64,000 bases of DNA from Syntrophaceae bacterium. Its GTDB lineage: Bacteria; Desulfobacterota; BSN033; UBA1163. This document shows positions 8,987-18,685 of this stretch, one piece after another. The stretch spans positions 2,356-66,355 of the forward strand of contig JACAEX010000033.1 of NCBI GenBank assembly GCA_013388635.1, in the 5' to 3' direction. A program made the translations under genes and the position numbers. The notes under the pieces are model-generated. The model was not told where the DNA came from. It did no database searches and saw only the letters and a list, made by a program, of their open reading frames with translations. How positions within the stretch are numbered: position 1 is the first letter of the stretch; every line of letters begins with the position of its first letter.

Positions 8987-10303
8987 ATGGAATCCTTACA
9001 TGTCGGGATCATAGGAAGTATTCTATTCGTTGCCTTGATCTTTCTGAGGGTTCCCATTGCCTATGGTCTGGGGATTATCGGCACCGCTGGGCTGTTGTAC
9101 GTTTACGGTCCGGCGACCGTCTTTCGATTCATTCCCTTAGAGGTCTATTCGCATACTTCAAACTTCACTTTATCGGCATTGCCGCTTTTTATCCTGATGG
9201 GATACCTGGCTTACTACGCAGACCTCTCCAAAGATTCCTACGATGCCGCCCGGGCATGGTTCGGAAAAGTTCCAGGAGGGCTGGCCGTGGCCACGGTCTA
9301 TGCCTGTGCCATTTTTGGAGCGTGCTCAGGATCGAGCCTTGCAGAATGCGCTGTCTTTTCTAAGATCTCTGTCCCTGAGATGACTTCGAGTGGCTACAAT
9401 AAGAGATTGTCATTGGGGGTTGTGGCTGCGGCTGGAGGCCTCGATACGTTGATCCCTCCCAGCGTCATCATGGTTGTCTTTGGGGTGATGACAGAGACCT
9501 CCATCGGTCAACTTTTAATCGCTGGCATTGTTCCAGGAATCCTCTATGCATGTGTGTTTGCCATCGCCATCATCATTTTCTGCTACCTCAAGCCATCCTA
9601 TGCACCGAGTACGGTGAACATTGATACATCGTGGAGGGCCCGGATGGCCGCTATAAAGAATATCTGGGCCGTGGTTCTTCTTTTTGGCCTTGTCCTCGGT
9701 GCCATTTATGCAGGGTGGGCCACTCCGGACGAGGCAGCCGCAGTGGGTGTTCTGGGATCGTGCCTCCTGGTCGTCTATCGGAAAAAATTCACCTGGAGGA
9801 AACTGAAAGATGCTGCCGTTGACAGCGCCAAGGCGAGCGCGATGATCTTTCTCCTTTTTGGAGCGGCTTCCATTTTTGCTGCCTTCCTTTCGGTCACAGG
9901 GGTGATCTCTGCCCTGACCGAGTGGGTGATGAAAATGAAATTCCCTTTTTGGGGGATCATCCTCGCTTTGATGATCCTTTATCTCCTGATGGGATGTTTT
10001 CTCGATGCCATCTCGATGATGGTTTTGACCATGCCCGTGGTCGCGCCGATCATTCAGGCCCAGGGAGCAAGCCTGGTGTGGTTTGGTGTCTTCATCAGCA
10101 TGATGATGGTCATTGGCGCCATCACCCCACCCCTGGGATTAAATTGTTATGTGATGAAGGCAGCCCTGGGAGACCAGGTGGACCTCAATGACATCTTTGC
10201 AGGGGCCATGCCCTTCCTCGCTCTGATGATCATCATCGCCATTATCATCTGTCTCTTTCCCGAGATATCTTTATGGCTGCCTAATATGATGACTAAGAAA
10301 TAG
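8987..10303 (+). CDS. dctM: TRAP transporter large permease
   Basis: ALPLFILMG, GGLAVA, IPPSVIM, SIGQLLIAGIVPG, ITPPLGLN. About 12 TM segments. Confidence 0.92.
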   Translation: MESLHVGIIGSILFVALIFLRVPIAYGLGIIGTAGLLYVYGPATVFRFIPLEVYSHTSNFTLSALPLFILMGYLAYYADLSKDSYDAARAWFGKVPGGLAVATVYACAIFGACSGSSLAECAVFSKISVPEMTSSGYNKRLSLGVVAAAGGLDTLIPPSVIMVVFGVMTETSIGQLLIAGIVPGILYACVFAIAIIIFCYLKPSYAPSTVNIDTSWRARMAAIKNIWAVVLLFGLVLGAIYAGWATPDEAAAVGVLGSCLLVVYRKKFTWRKLKDAAVDSAKASAMIFLLFGAASIFAAFLSVTGVISALTEWVMKMKFPFWGIILALMILYLLMGCFLDAISMMVLTMPVVAPIIQAQGASLVWFGVFISMMMVIGAITPPLGLNCYVMKAALGDQVDLNDIFAGAMPFLALMIIIAIIICLFPEISLWLPNMMTKK

Positions 10304-10307
10304 AAGG

Positions 10308-10865
10308 ATGGGGGCTTCCTTGGAAAGACTGATTCTATTCCATGAGGAAAATTTGAAAAAATGGGGGGTTTATATCATCAGTACTCCACTGATCGTCATG
10401 ACGATCGTCGAGGTCCTCAATGCCTTCGGCCGGAAGCTTTTTATCCCCTTTCCCTGTTGTCTGGAAGCCGTGGAGAGCCTCCTCGTCATCTCGGTCTATT
10501 TCGGGGTCTCCATCGTTGCGATGGAGGGAGGGCATGTCAATGTGACGATCATGACGCGCAAACTTCCCAATCGGTTGCAACATGCCTTGGATGCCTTCGC
10601 CAACCTCTTGGGGATGTCGGCCTTTGGTTTTCTATCAGTCGGAGCATGGGCTGAGGCATTCAGGGCTTTGCGGATCCTGGAGATGCGGATCGGGGTGTAT
10701 CGATTTCCTCTTTGGCCGTTTAAACTGCTCTTCGCTGTGGGGATCAGTTTTCTGACCATCCAACTCGCGATCAATGCGATTAAATTTGTTCACTTCGCTT
10801 TAGGCCATTCCACCTATGCGGGGGCCAAGGCAAAGCAGGAGGCAGAGGTCTTAATGGAAATGTAG
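10308..10865 (+). CDS. dctQ: TRAP transporter small permease
   Basis: 4 TM segments, GGHVNVTIM motif, located between dctM and dctP. Confidence 0.85.
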   Translation: MGASLERLILFHEENLKKWGVYIISTPLIVMTIVEVLNAFGRKLFIPFPCCLEAVESLLVISVYFGVSIVAMEGGHVNVTIMTRKLPNRLQHALDAFANLLGMSAFGFLSVGAWAEAFRALRILEMRIGVYRFPLWPFKLLFAVGISFLTIQLAINAIKFVHFALGHSTYAGAKAKQEAEVLMEM

Positions 10866-11109
10866 GGATTTGAAGAAAATGGGGGAGGGCTGTGAGTTGA
10901 CATCAGAGGCTCGGAGGCATAATTAGGATTATGAAAGCAAGGGTTGCGGGGCACAAAGAGGTCTTCGAAGTCTGATTCGGGCAATGGCTTCAGGGGTTGT
11001 TTTGATCAGGGAATCTTTGGAAGAGGAGGTGATGGAAAGGGTAAAGATCTGCGGGACGGGAATGCGAGCTCGTCAATGAGCAAAAATAAAGATGATGAGG
11101 AGGACGAAG

Positions 11110-12162
11110 ATGAAAAAGGTGTGCTTTTTTATGGCAGGGGTCATGAGTTTTGCCTTGGTTCTCATGGGCTGGCCGACGAACGGCTTGGCTGTGGAATTAA
11201 AATACAGCACCTATGTCGCTCCAACCTCCTGGCATGGCGAGATGCATCAATGGTGGGCTAATGAAGTCGACAAGAGGACCGGAGGTAAGGTCAAGATCAA
11301 GATTTTCTGGATGGAGTCCCTGACGAAACATAAGGACGGCCTTCCCTCGGTTCAATCTGGGATGTGCGATCTGACCTGGCTCAGCAGTACCTATCATCCC
11401 AGTCAATTGCCACTCTTTTTGATTTTGGATAACCCGGGCAACTTCGGAAATGACTACGTCGCCTCCACGATGGCCATCATGGAGACCCTTGAAAAAGAGC
11501 CCAGTATCAAAGCGGAGCTCGAAAGGGAGAACATCATCCAGATGATGCCTCACATCAGCGGACACACCCAGTTAGCGATGAAGCGATGCCTGGACAAATT
11601 CACGGACATTAAAGGGAAGACACTCAGGACCTATGGAGGGGCAAGGGCCAAATATTATGAAAACCTCGGGGCCAACCCGATCTTCATGCCGTATCCTGAG
11701 ATTTATGAGGCGATCGACCGGGGTACGATTTCTGCCTATGACTGCGCCGTGGTGCTGAGCCACGGCTTCAAACACTATGAGGTAACGAAGTGCATCTATA
11801 AGATCAATGCGGGAGGAGCTCTTGCCTCCGGTGTTTTTATGAACCTCAAGACTTTCAAAGGCCTTCCCGCAGATGTCCAGAAAACCCTCCTGGATCTCAG
11901 GCGAGAATACGGGATCAAGATGGCCCAGAAACAGATGGAGGATGAGGCCAAATACTTCAAAGAGTGGAATACCAAATATGGTGTAGCGCTGAAAGAACTC
12001 ACCCCTGAAGAGCGGAAGCTGAATATCGAAGCCTTTAAGAAGGCCCAGGAGTATATGTTGAAGAAACAGGAGTCCGATGGGCATGGGGCGGTCCGAAAGG
12101 TATGGGACTACTTCATGGCTGCCCGGATGAAGTATGAAGGGGAGCGGGCAAAAAAGAAGTGA
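11110..12162 (+). CDS. dctP: TRAP transporter substrate-binding protein
   Basis: Signal peptide, KGKTLRTYGG, MPYPEIYEAIDRGTI. Start at ATG 11110 after GAGGAGG. Confidence 0.88.
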   Translation: MKKVCFFMAGVMSFALVLMGWPTNGLAVELKYSTYVAPTSWHGEMHQWWANEVDKRTGGKVKIKIFWMESLTKHKDGLPSVQSGMCDLTWLSSTYHPSQLPLFLILDNPGNFGNDYVASTMAIMETLEKEPSIKAELERENIIQMMPHISGHTQLAMKRCLDKFTDIKGKTLRTYGGARAKYYENLGANPIFMPYPEIYEAIDRGTISAYDCAVVLSHGFKHYEVTKCIYKINAGGALASGVFMNLKTFKGLPADVQKTLLDLRREYGIKMAQKQMEDEAKYFKEWNTKYGVALKELTPEERKLNIEAFKKAQEYMLKKQESDGHGAVRKVWDYFMAARMKYEGERAKKK

Positions 12163-12209
12163 TCTCAAAACTGGGATGATCATTATTATCTGAGCAAGAA
12201 AGGAGAAGG

Positions 12210-13181
12210 ATGATGAAACGTCGGATAGGGGTAAGATGGATGGTTTATTTGGTAGTCCTGATGGTTTCAATCCTTGGATCTCAGTTCGTCGGCGCTCAGG
12301 ACTTTCCCACCAGGCCGGTGGTGCTTGTGATCCCTTTTGGTGCAGGAGGTTCGCACGACCTCACAGCCAGAGCGGTGACCAGTGTGGCAGCAGACTATCT
12401 GGGACAGCCGATACTCGTTCAGCTCAAGCCGGGTGGAGGAGGAGCCATCGCCTCGGAATTTGTGTACAAGGCAGCGCCGGATGGCTATACCCTGCTCTTC
12501 GGCGGGACCGGACCCAATACCACGCTTCCAGCCATTGAGAATCGGTCAAAAGGCCCTGACGATTTCGTGGCTGTCTGCCGGGTCAACTACAGCCCTGCGG
12601 TCATCGTGGCACGACCCAATGCACCCTTTAAGACGTTCAAGGAGATGTTAACATGGGCCAAGGCCAACCCTGGAAAGCTGATCTTCGGAAACACAGGGCC
12701 CTGGGGAGCAGGCGATCTCTCCTGGAAGATGATTGTCAAGGAGACCGGCATCGAGGCCAAGAACGTTCCCCATGATGGGGGTGGCCCGGCCCTGGTGGCA
12801 GTTCTGGGCGGCCATGTGGATGTCTCCGGCCTCTTCACAGCCCAGACGCTGCCCCATATCCAGGCAGGAAAGCTGAGGGCTTTGGCGGTCACGGATACGC
12901 GACGGGACCCTTCCCTGAAGGACGTGCCGACATGCAAGGAAGAAGGGGTGAATGTGGTCTATCTGATGTGGCGAGGGGTCCTGGCTCCAAAAGGGACACC
13001 TCGGGCGGTCGTGGATAGACTGGCCGCAGCCTTCAAGAGGATGTGCGAGGACAAGTCGGTGATCAACATGATTAATAAGTTCGGAGATGAAGTCAATTAT
13101 TTAGGTCCTGATGAGTTTGCAAAGGTCTGGCGGGAGGAGTTCGAGATACAGAGAGAGCTTGGCAAGATTTTTAAGAAGTAG
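12210..13181 (+). CDS. tctC: Tripartite tricarboxylate transporter substrate-binding protein (Bug/TctC), orphan
   Basis: FPTRPVVLVIPFGAGG, KPGGGG, PDGYTLL, GGHVD, WRGVLAPKGTP. Confidence 0.9.
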   Translation: MMKRRIGVRWMVYLVVLMVSILGSQFVGAQDFPTRPVVLVIPFGAGGSHDLTARAVTSVAADYLGQPILVQLKPGGGGAIASEFVYKAAPDGYTLLFGGTGPNTTLPAIENRSKGPDDFVAVCRVNYSPAVIVARPNAPFKTFKEMLTWAKANPGKLIFGNTGPWGAGDLSWKMIVKETGIEAKNVPHDGGGPALVAVLGGHVDVSGLFTAQTLPHIQAGKLRALAVTDTRRDPSLKDVPTCKEEGVNVVYLMWRGVLAPKGTPRAVVDRLAAAFKRMCEDKSVINMINKFGDEVNYLGPDEFAKVWREEFEIQRELGKIFKK

Positions 13182-13403
13182 GGAGACCGATTCACCATCA
13201 GGTCCGAAATACGCATCATCCAGTCATGGCCTGAATCCCAATGGCCGAGGTTCAAAAAGGGTCCAGATCTCTTGGTCATCAGAGCTTGGGGATCGGATTT
13301 GATTGAGGGGATTTGAATTCGGTCATTGGGATTTGGCATATCGGGGTTACGGAGGGGATGTCTTTTTTCAAGAGGCCAAATTTTCAAAGGAGGGGAGGGT
13401 TTG

Positions 13404-14417
13404 ATGAAGCACCGTGCTATTGATATCCATACCCATGTGGAATTTGCAGGAACCCTGGACATCCTGAAAAGGCGATATACGGAGGAGGAGATCTTCAACC
13501 GGTTCGTCGTTTCGGTCACGGGTCGTCGTTCGGCAGAGCTCAACCGGGAGATCGTGGCAGGGGTCCGGGATGCGCTGAGGGATCCCGAGAAGAAGATTCG
13601 AGACATGGATGAGAAGGGGATCGGGCTTTCTCTCCTCTCGTCGACGCCCTTTGCCTTCTTTTACGAGGTCGAGGACGATCTCGCGGTGGAACTGGCTCGA
13701 TTCCAGAACGATCAGCTTTCGGAGATGGTGAAGAAGTATCCTGAGCGTTTTGCAGCGATGGCCACCCTTCCTTTGCAGGTTCCGGATCAAGCCCTGAAGG
13801 AGCTGGAGAGGGCGGTCAAGAAACTGGGTCTTCGGGGAGTTGAGATCGGTTCCCACGTGGGCAAGAAGGAATTGGGGAACGAGGCCTTCTGGCCCATCTA
13901 TGAGGCACTGGAGGAGATGAACGCACCGATCTTCATCCATCCCCACCATGTGGCTGGATTGGACCGGCTGATCGATTTTTATCTGAGCAACCTGATCGGA
14001 AATCCTCTGGACACAACCATTGCCGCTGCCAATCTGATCTTCAGCGGGGTCTTTGAAAAATTTCCTCGGCTGAAATTTATCCTGGCCCACGCCGGTGGAC
14101 AGGTCCCTTACATCATAGGAAGGTGGGAACACGGATACCAGGTCAGGCCGGAATGCAAGGACAAAGTCCACCGGTCTCCGATGGCGTTTTTCAAGAATTT
14201 CTATTTTGACACCATCACGCACAATCCGGATGCCCTTCGGTATCTGATTTCGTTTGCAGGAAGCGACCATGTCCTTTTGGGGAGCGATTACCCTTATGAC
14301 ATGGGAGATCAGGACCCTGTGCGGACGGTCTCCAGGCTTCCGAGGATTAAGAAGGAAGACCGAATGAGGATCCTGCGGGAGAACGCGATCAAGCTCTTTG
14401 GCTTGAAGGCCTCTTGA
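13404..14417 (+). CDS. Amidohydrolase-2 family protein (ACMSD/decarboxylase-like)
   Basis: DIHTH, IFIHP, LIGNPLDT, AHAGG, YFDT, GSDYPYDMG. Start at ATG 13404. Confidence 0.88.
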   Translation: MKHRAIDIHTHVEFAGTLDILKRRYTEEEIFNRFVVSVTGRRSAELNREIVAGVRDALRDPEKKIRDMDEKGIGLSLLSSTPFAFFYEVEDDLAVELARFQNDQLSEMVKKYPERFAAMATLPLQVPDQALKELERAVKKLGLRGVEIGSHVGKKELGNEAFWPIYEALEEMNAPIFIHPHHVAGLDRLIDFYLSNLIGNPLDTTIAAANLIFSGVFEKFPRLKFILAHAGGQVPYIIGRWEHGYQVRPECKDKVHRSPMAFFKNFYFDTITHNPDALRYLISFAGSDHVLLGSDYPYDMGDQDPVRTVSRLPRIKKEDRMRILRENAIKLFGLKAS

Positions 14418-14552
14418 CGTAATGAATGTAGAAAAGTCTCTGGTAAAGGCGAGGATGCCAGTTTGGTCGAAGGGTTAAACTGGTCGGTTCAAACAAATTG
14501 GCCTTGGCCCCGATACCAGGCCCAAACTGGCTTCCTGGCCCTGACCTCTTCT

Positions 14553-15857
14553 TTACTGTTTCTCTCTTTTCGGTCGAAAGAGGAGGTGCTCAAAGAGAAG
14601 GGAGAAGAGGATCCCCACGACCAGGCCGTTGCCGACAAAGGAGGCGATGCTGTTAGGGAAGAGATGCAAAAAGGGTTTGGGCAAGATGGAGACCAGAGAG
14701 CCTAAAAGGATGGGGATGCCAACCGTAAAGTACTCTCTCCTCTCCATCCTTCTCTTTCCTGTCATCATCGTATTCATGCCTGCCATCAATTGGGATGCAA
14801 GGGCGACGAAGAGGACAGAGGCGATGACCGAAGCAGGGATGGCGGTGAAGAAGGCCCAGAGCTTCGGGACGAAGGCAGAGAAGATCATGATCGCTCCGCT
14901 CACGGTGAGGACATAGCGGCTTGCCACCCGGGAGACGAGGATCACCCCTGGGCTGATCGCATAGCTCACGGTTCCCATGACGCCAAAGAGTGCCGAGGCG
15001 ATCCCACTGAGCCCGGTGAAGGCGATCCCTCGATGGATGCGGGATTCCAGGCCTTCCCGAGTGACCATTTCCGATACGCCCTGGATGCTTCCCACGGTAT
15101 TGATCATGACGGCCAGATAGGTGACGAGAAAAGAGAGGATCGAGGAGAGCGAGAAAGAGGGTGATTGGCCAAAGAGAGGGGAGGGCAGGGCGAACCAGCT
15201 CGCCTCGCTGAGCAGGGTCAACGATATCCGTCCCTGTGCTAAGAAGAGGAGAAGGCCCAGGATGATTCCGGCGAGCATGGCCGTGGTCTGGAGGAAGCCA
15301 CGCAGCCAGTTGGAGAGAAAGGAGACGAATAGGATGATCAGCAGCGAGGAGCCCCAGACCCCTAACTCTCCGTAGGGGAAGGTCTTGGTTGCGCCGATGA
15401 GCATGGGGATGAGAAAGGGGAGGATCGTCATCGCGACCAGGATCAGGATGACCCCGATCACATTGGGCGTGAAGAGCACGGAGAGCCATTTGAACCATCG
15501 AAAGGCACCGATGGCCATGAGCAACAGAGCCCCGATGATCATCCCGCCCTCGATCGTGGCCAGGCCCTCAGGAGCCAGGATGATGAAGGTGAGGGTGAGG
15601 GCTGATGAAGGCCCTTCGAGAATGGGGAACCGATGTCCTTTCAGGCTCTGGATCAGGGTCATCAGGCCTGTCACGAGGAGCAGACGCTGGGAAAAGCTGA
15701 TCTGGGCTGCAGGTTCGAGTTGAAGGGCGGCTGATCCGAGACCGGCAAAGACGATGATGTTCGGAATGGCCACCATCACCCATTGAAGGCCATAGGCCAG
15801 ACTTTTGAAAAAGGGAGGGGTCTCGTTCAGTTGAAATTGGAAGGAATGCTCATCCAT
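14553..15857 (-). CDS. NCS2 family nucleobase permease (uracil/xanthine type)
   Basis: YGLQW, GHRFPILEGPS, signature region SYAISPGVILVSRVASRYV. About 12-14 TM segments. Confidence 0.82.
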   Translation of the reverse strand: MDEHSFQFQLNETPPFFKSLAYGLQWVMVAIPNIIVFAGLGSAALQLEPAAQISFSQRLLLVTGLMTLIQSLKGHRFPILEGPSSALTLTFIILAPEGLATIEGGMIIGALLLMAIGAFRWFKWLSVLFTPNVIGVILILVAMTILPFLIPMLIGATKTFPYGELGVWGSSLLIILFVSFLSNWLRGFLQTTAMLAGIILGLLLFLAQGRISLTLLSEASWFALPSPLFGQSPSFSLSSILSFLVTYLAVMINTVGSIQGVSEMVTREGLESRIHRGIAFTGLSGIASALFGVMGTVSYAISPGVILVSRVASRYVLTVSGAIMIFSAFVPKLWAFFTAIPASVIASVLFVALASQLMAGMNTMMTGKRRMERREYFTVGIPILLGSLVSILPKPFLHLFPNSIASFVGNGLVVGILFSLLFEHLLFRPKREKQ

Positions 15858-15974
15858 ATGACGTGCCGGGTGAACGGTTCTACGTTAAGATAGTTTGTTA
15901 AAAATATCAACCCGAAAAATCATTGGGATAAGGTGCTTCTTTGAGACTGTTGCATTAAAAGATCAGGAGGGGAT

Positions 15975-16808
15975 ATGGGAGTCAGAGTGGCCGCTATCCA
16001 GACCAGGACGTTTCTTGAGCCCGATGAACAGAGAGAGAATATCAAGAAGGCGGCGGAGCATGTCGCAGAGGCAGCGGCTCAGGGAGCGAAGCTGATATGC
16101 TTTCCAGAGACCTACCCGGGGCCGTGGAAAGCACCGTTGAGTTACTCGCCTGTGAAATCACTGGAAGAGATGGCCTCCAGACATGGTGTTTACATCGTTG
16201 CGGGTGCCAACTGTCCTGTCCCGGGAAGACCGGAGATGGGATACTGCTCTGAGGTTCTTGTCGGTCCGAAGGGTTTGATCGGGAGATACAATCGTACCAT
16301 CCCAAAGGGGCCCTGGATCTATCAAGGAGGCCGCTACTGGGATTTCGATTATCAGGAGGCAGATGAGCTACCGGTATTCGACACGCCCTTCTGCAAGGTC
16401 GGGATCCTGATCTGCAGTGAGGTCTATGCCCCTGAGCTGTCTCGAATCCTTGCCCTGAAGGGAGCAGAGATCATCTTCCTGCCTGCGGGCATCTGTAAAT
16501 ACGAACTTCACGAGACGTGGCGGAACCTGATCTGGTCAAGGGCGATCGAGAATCTTGCCTATACGGTGACGTGCCAGAACATCCTCGGTGCGGAGCATGG
16601 ACTGGCCATGATTTGCAGCCCTGAAGAGATCCTCGTTGAATCCACAAGGCCTGGCATTTTCATCGCGGAGTGCGATTTGGATAGGATCCGATGGCTCAGG
16701 CAGGAGAGCGATGCCTATGGCCCGCCCATGCCTTTCCGAACTAAACCCGGGGTGCTCCGGGATTGGTTTCGTCCAGAGATCTATCGAAGGAACTTCCCAC
16801 AATGGTAA
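15975..16808 (+). CDS. Carbon-nitrogen hydrolase (nitrilase superfamily)
   Basis: AAIQ, CFPET (Glu45), ILICSEVYAPE (Cys147), LALKGAEIIFLP, RAIEN. Confidence 0.88.
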   Translation: MGVRVAAIQTRTFLEPDEQRENIKKAAEHVAEAAAQGAKLICFPETYPGPWKAPLSYSPVKSLEEMASRHGVYIVAGANCPVPGRPEMGYCSEVLVGPKGLIGRYNRTIPKGPWIYQGGRYWDFDYQEADELPVFDTPFCKVGILICSEVYAPELSRILALKGAEIIFLPAGICKYELHETWRNLIWSRAIENLAYTVTCQNILGAEHGLAMICSPEEILVESTRPGIFIAECDLDRIRWLRQESDAYGPPMPFRTKPGVLRDWFRPEIYRRNFPQW

Positions 16809-16920
16809 TAGCCGAGGAGTTGATTTTATGTGGAGAGGAAGAGAACAGTAGGGAACGCCTATATGCGTTCCCTGCTTCCGAGCAATCAAATCAGTGGATC
16901 AACACAGAGGAGGAGGGATG

Positions 16921-18660
16921 ATGAGTTACAAGACTGAATTGAGGGATGGGATGATGATCGACTGGGATGTGCCGATCACAATGGACGATGGCCTGGTTGT
17001 TCGAGCGGATGTCTACCGTCCACCCAGAGAGGGTAAATACCCGGTGATCATGAGTTACGGTCCATATGCAAAGGGTCTTGCGTTCCAGGACATCTATAAG
17101 ACCGCATGGGACCGAATGGCTGAGGAACATCCGGATGTGACCGCAGGTTCAACCAATCGGTACCAGGCCTGGGAGGTGGTCGATCCGGAAAAGTGGGTGT
17201 CGGAGGGATATGTCTGCGTTCGTGTCGATTCCCGGGGATGTGGCCGCTCGCCCGGCTACATCGACCTCTGGTCTCCGCGGGAGGCAAAGGATTTCTACAA
17301 CTGTATCGAGTGGGGAGCGGTCCAGCCATGGAGCAACGGGAGAATCGGCCTCAACGGCATCTCCTACTATGCGATGAACCAGTGGCAGGTGGCATGCCTG
17401 CAACCTCCGCATCTCGCAGCGATCTGCGTCTGGGAGGGCGCTGCTGACTTCTACCGCGACGTGAGCCACCACGGGGGTATTCTCACCACATTTCTGGCAA
17501 ACTGGTACGATATGCAGATCATTCCAGTGCAGCACGGCCTGGGAAGGCGTGGCTACCGGAGCCGTGTGACCGGAGAGTTCGTATCAGGGCCCGAGACGCT
17601 GAGCGATGAGGAGCTGGGTGCCAACCGTTCCAACTACGGGGAGGAGGTCCTCTCCCATCCCCTCGATGATGATTACTGGAAGTCCCGGACACCGGACTGG
17701 TCGAAGGTGAAGGTGCCGCTCTTCTCCGCAGCGAACTGGGGCGGTCAGGGGTTGCACCCCAGGGGGAACTTTGAGGGGTTTGTCCATGCTGCCTCAAAGC
17801 AGAAATGGCTCGAGGTCCATGGGGTCGAACACTGGACCCATTTCTATACCGATTACGGAAGGCTGCTCCAGAAGCGATTCTTTGACTACTTCCTCAAAGG
17901 CATTGACACGGGCTGGTCGAAGCAGGCGCGAGTCCTGCTTCAGGTACGCCATGTTGACAGATTCGTAGAGCGGCATGAGAATGAGTGGCCCCTCGCCAGG
18001 ACCCAATGGACCAAGTTCTATCTCCATCCATCGGACCTGACGCTCAGTCGAGAGCCGGGGAAAGGGACTGGAAGCCTTAGCTATGATGGCCTCGGCGACG
18101 GGCTTACCTTCTTGTCGCCTCCGTTGAAGGAGGAGATGGAGATTACGGGTCCGTCCGCGGCAAAGCTCTTTGTCTCTTCGTCCACGACGGATGCGGATCT
18201 CTTTCTCGTGCTTCGGGTTTTCGGGCCCGATATGAAGGAGGTGGTCTTCCAGGGCGCACTCGATCCCCATACCCCGATTGCTCAGGGTTGGCTCCGGGCC
18301 TCCCATCGGAAGATCGATCCCAAACTGAGCACCGAATACCGGCCCTACCATACCCATGATGAGAAGCAGCCGCTCAAGCCCGGTGAGGTGTACGAGCTCG
18401 ATGTGGAGATCTGGCCCACCTGCATTGTCATCCCCCCTGGTTACCGGATCGGGCTGAGCGTCCGGGGTAAGGATTATGTCTACCCTGGCGGAGGCGGGGG
18501 CAGGCTATCGTACATGAAGAATGAGTTCACCGGCTGTGGTCCATTCCTGCATAACGAATCGAGAGATCGTCCGCCGGAGATATTCGGAGGTAAGGTGACG
18601 CTGCACTTCAAGCCTGACCGGCCTTCCTATGTGCTTCTGCCAATCATCCCACCCAAGTAA
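16921..18660 (+). CDS. CocE/NonD family serine hydrolase
   Basis: ITMDDG..RADVYRP, PYAKG, DSRGCGRSPG, nucleophile GISYY, PepX_C-type C-terminal domain. Confidence 0.9.
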   Translation: MSYKTELRDGMMIDWDVPITMDDGLVVRADVYRPPREGKYPVIMSYGPYAKGLAFQDIYKTAWDRMAEEHPDVTAGSTNRYQAWEVVDPEKWVSEGYVCVRVDSRGCGRSPGYIDLWSPREAKDFYNCIEWGAVQPWSNGRIGLNGISYYAMNQWQVACLQPPHLAAICVWEGAADFYRDVSHHGGILTTFLANWYDMQIIPVQHGLGRRGYRSRVTGEFVSGPETLSDEELGANRSNYGEEVLSHPLDDDYWKSRTPDWSKVKVPLFSAANWGGQGLHPRGNFEGFVHAASKQKWLEVHGVEHWTHFYTDYGRLLQKRFFDYFLKGIDTGWSKQARVLLQVRHVDRFVERHENEWPLARTQWTKFYLHPSDLTLSREPGKGTGSLSYDGLGDGLTFLSPPLKEEMEITGPSAAKLFVSSSTTDADLFLVLRVFGPDMKEVVFQGALDPHTPIAQGWLRASHRKIDPKLSTEYRPYHTHDEKQPLKPGEVYELDVEIWPTCIVIPPGYRIGLSVRGKDYVYPGGGGGRLSYMKNEFTGCGPFLHNESRDRPPEIFGGKVTLHFKPDRPSYVLLPIIPPK

Positions 18661-18685
18661 GATAATGCGCCCCTCGGAGCCCAGG

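Noticed and set aside
10944-11261. 105-aa ORF between dctQ and dctP
   Set aside because: It overlaps dctP out of frame, has a non-canonical start and no recognisable motifs. The region looks like an internal promoter (TTGACA at 10897) and leader.
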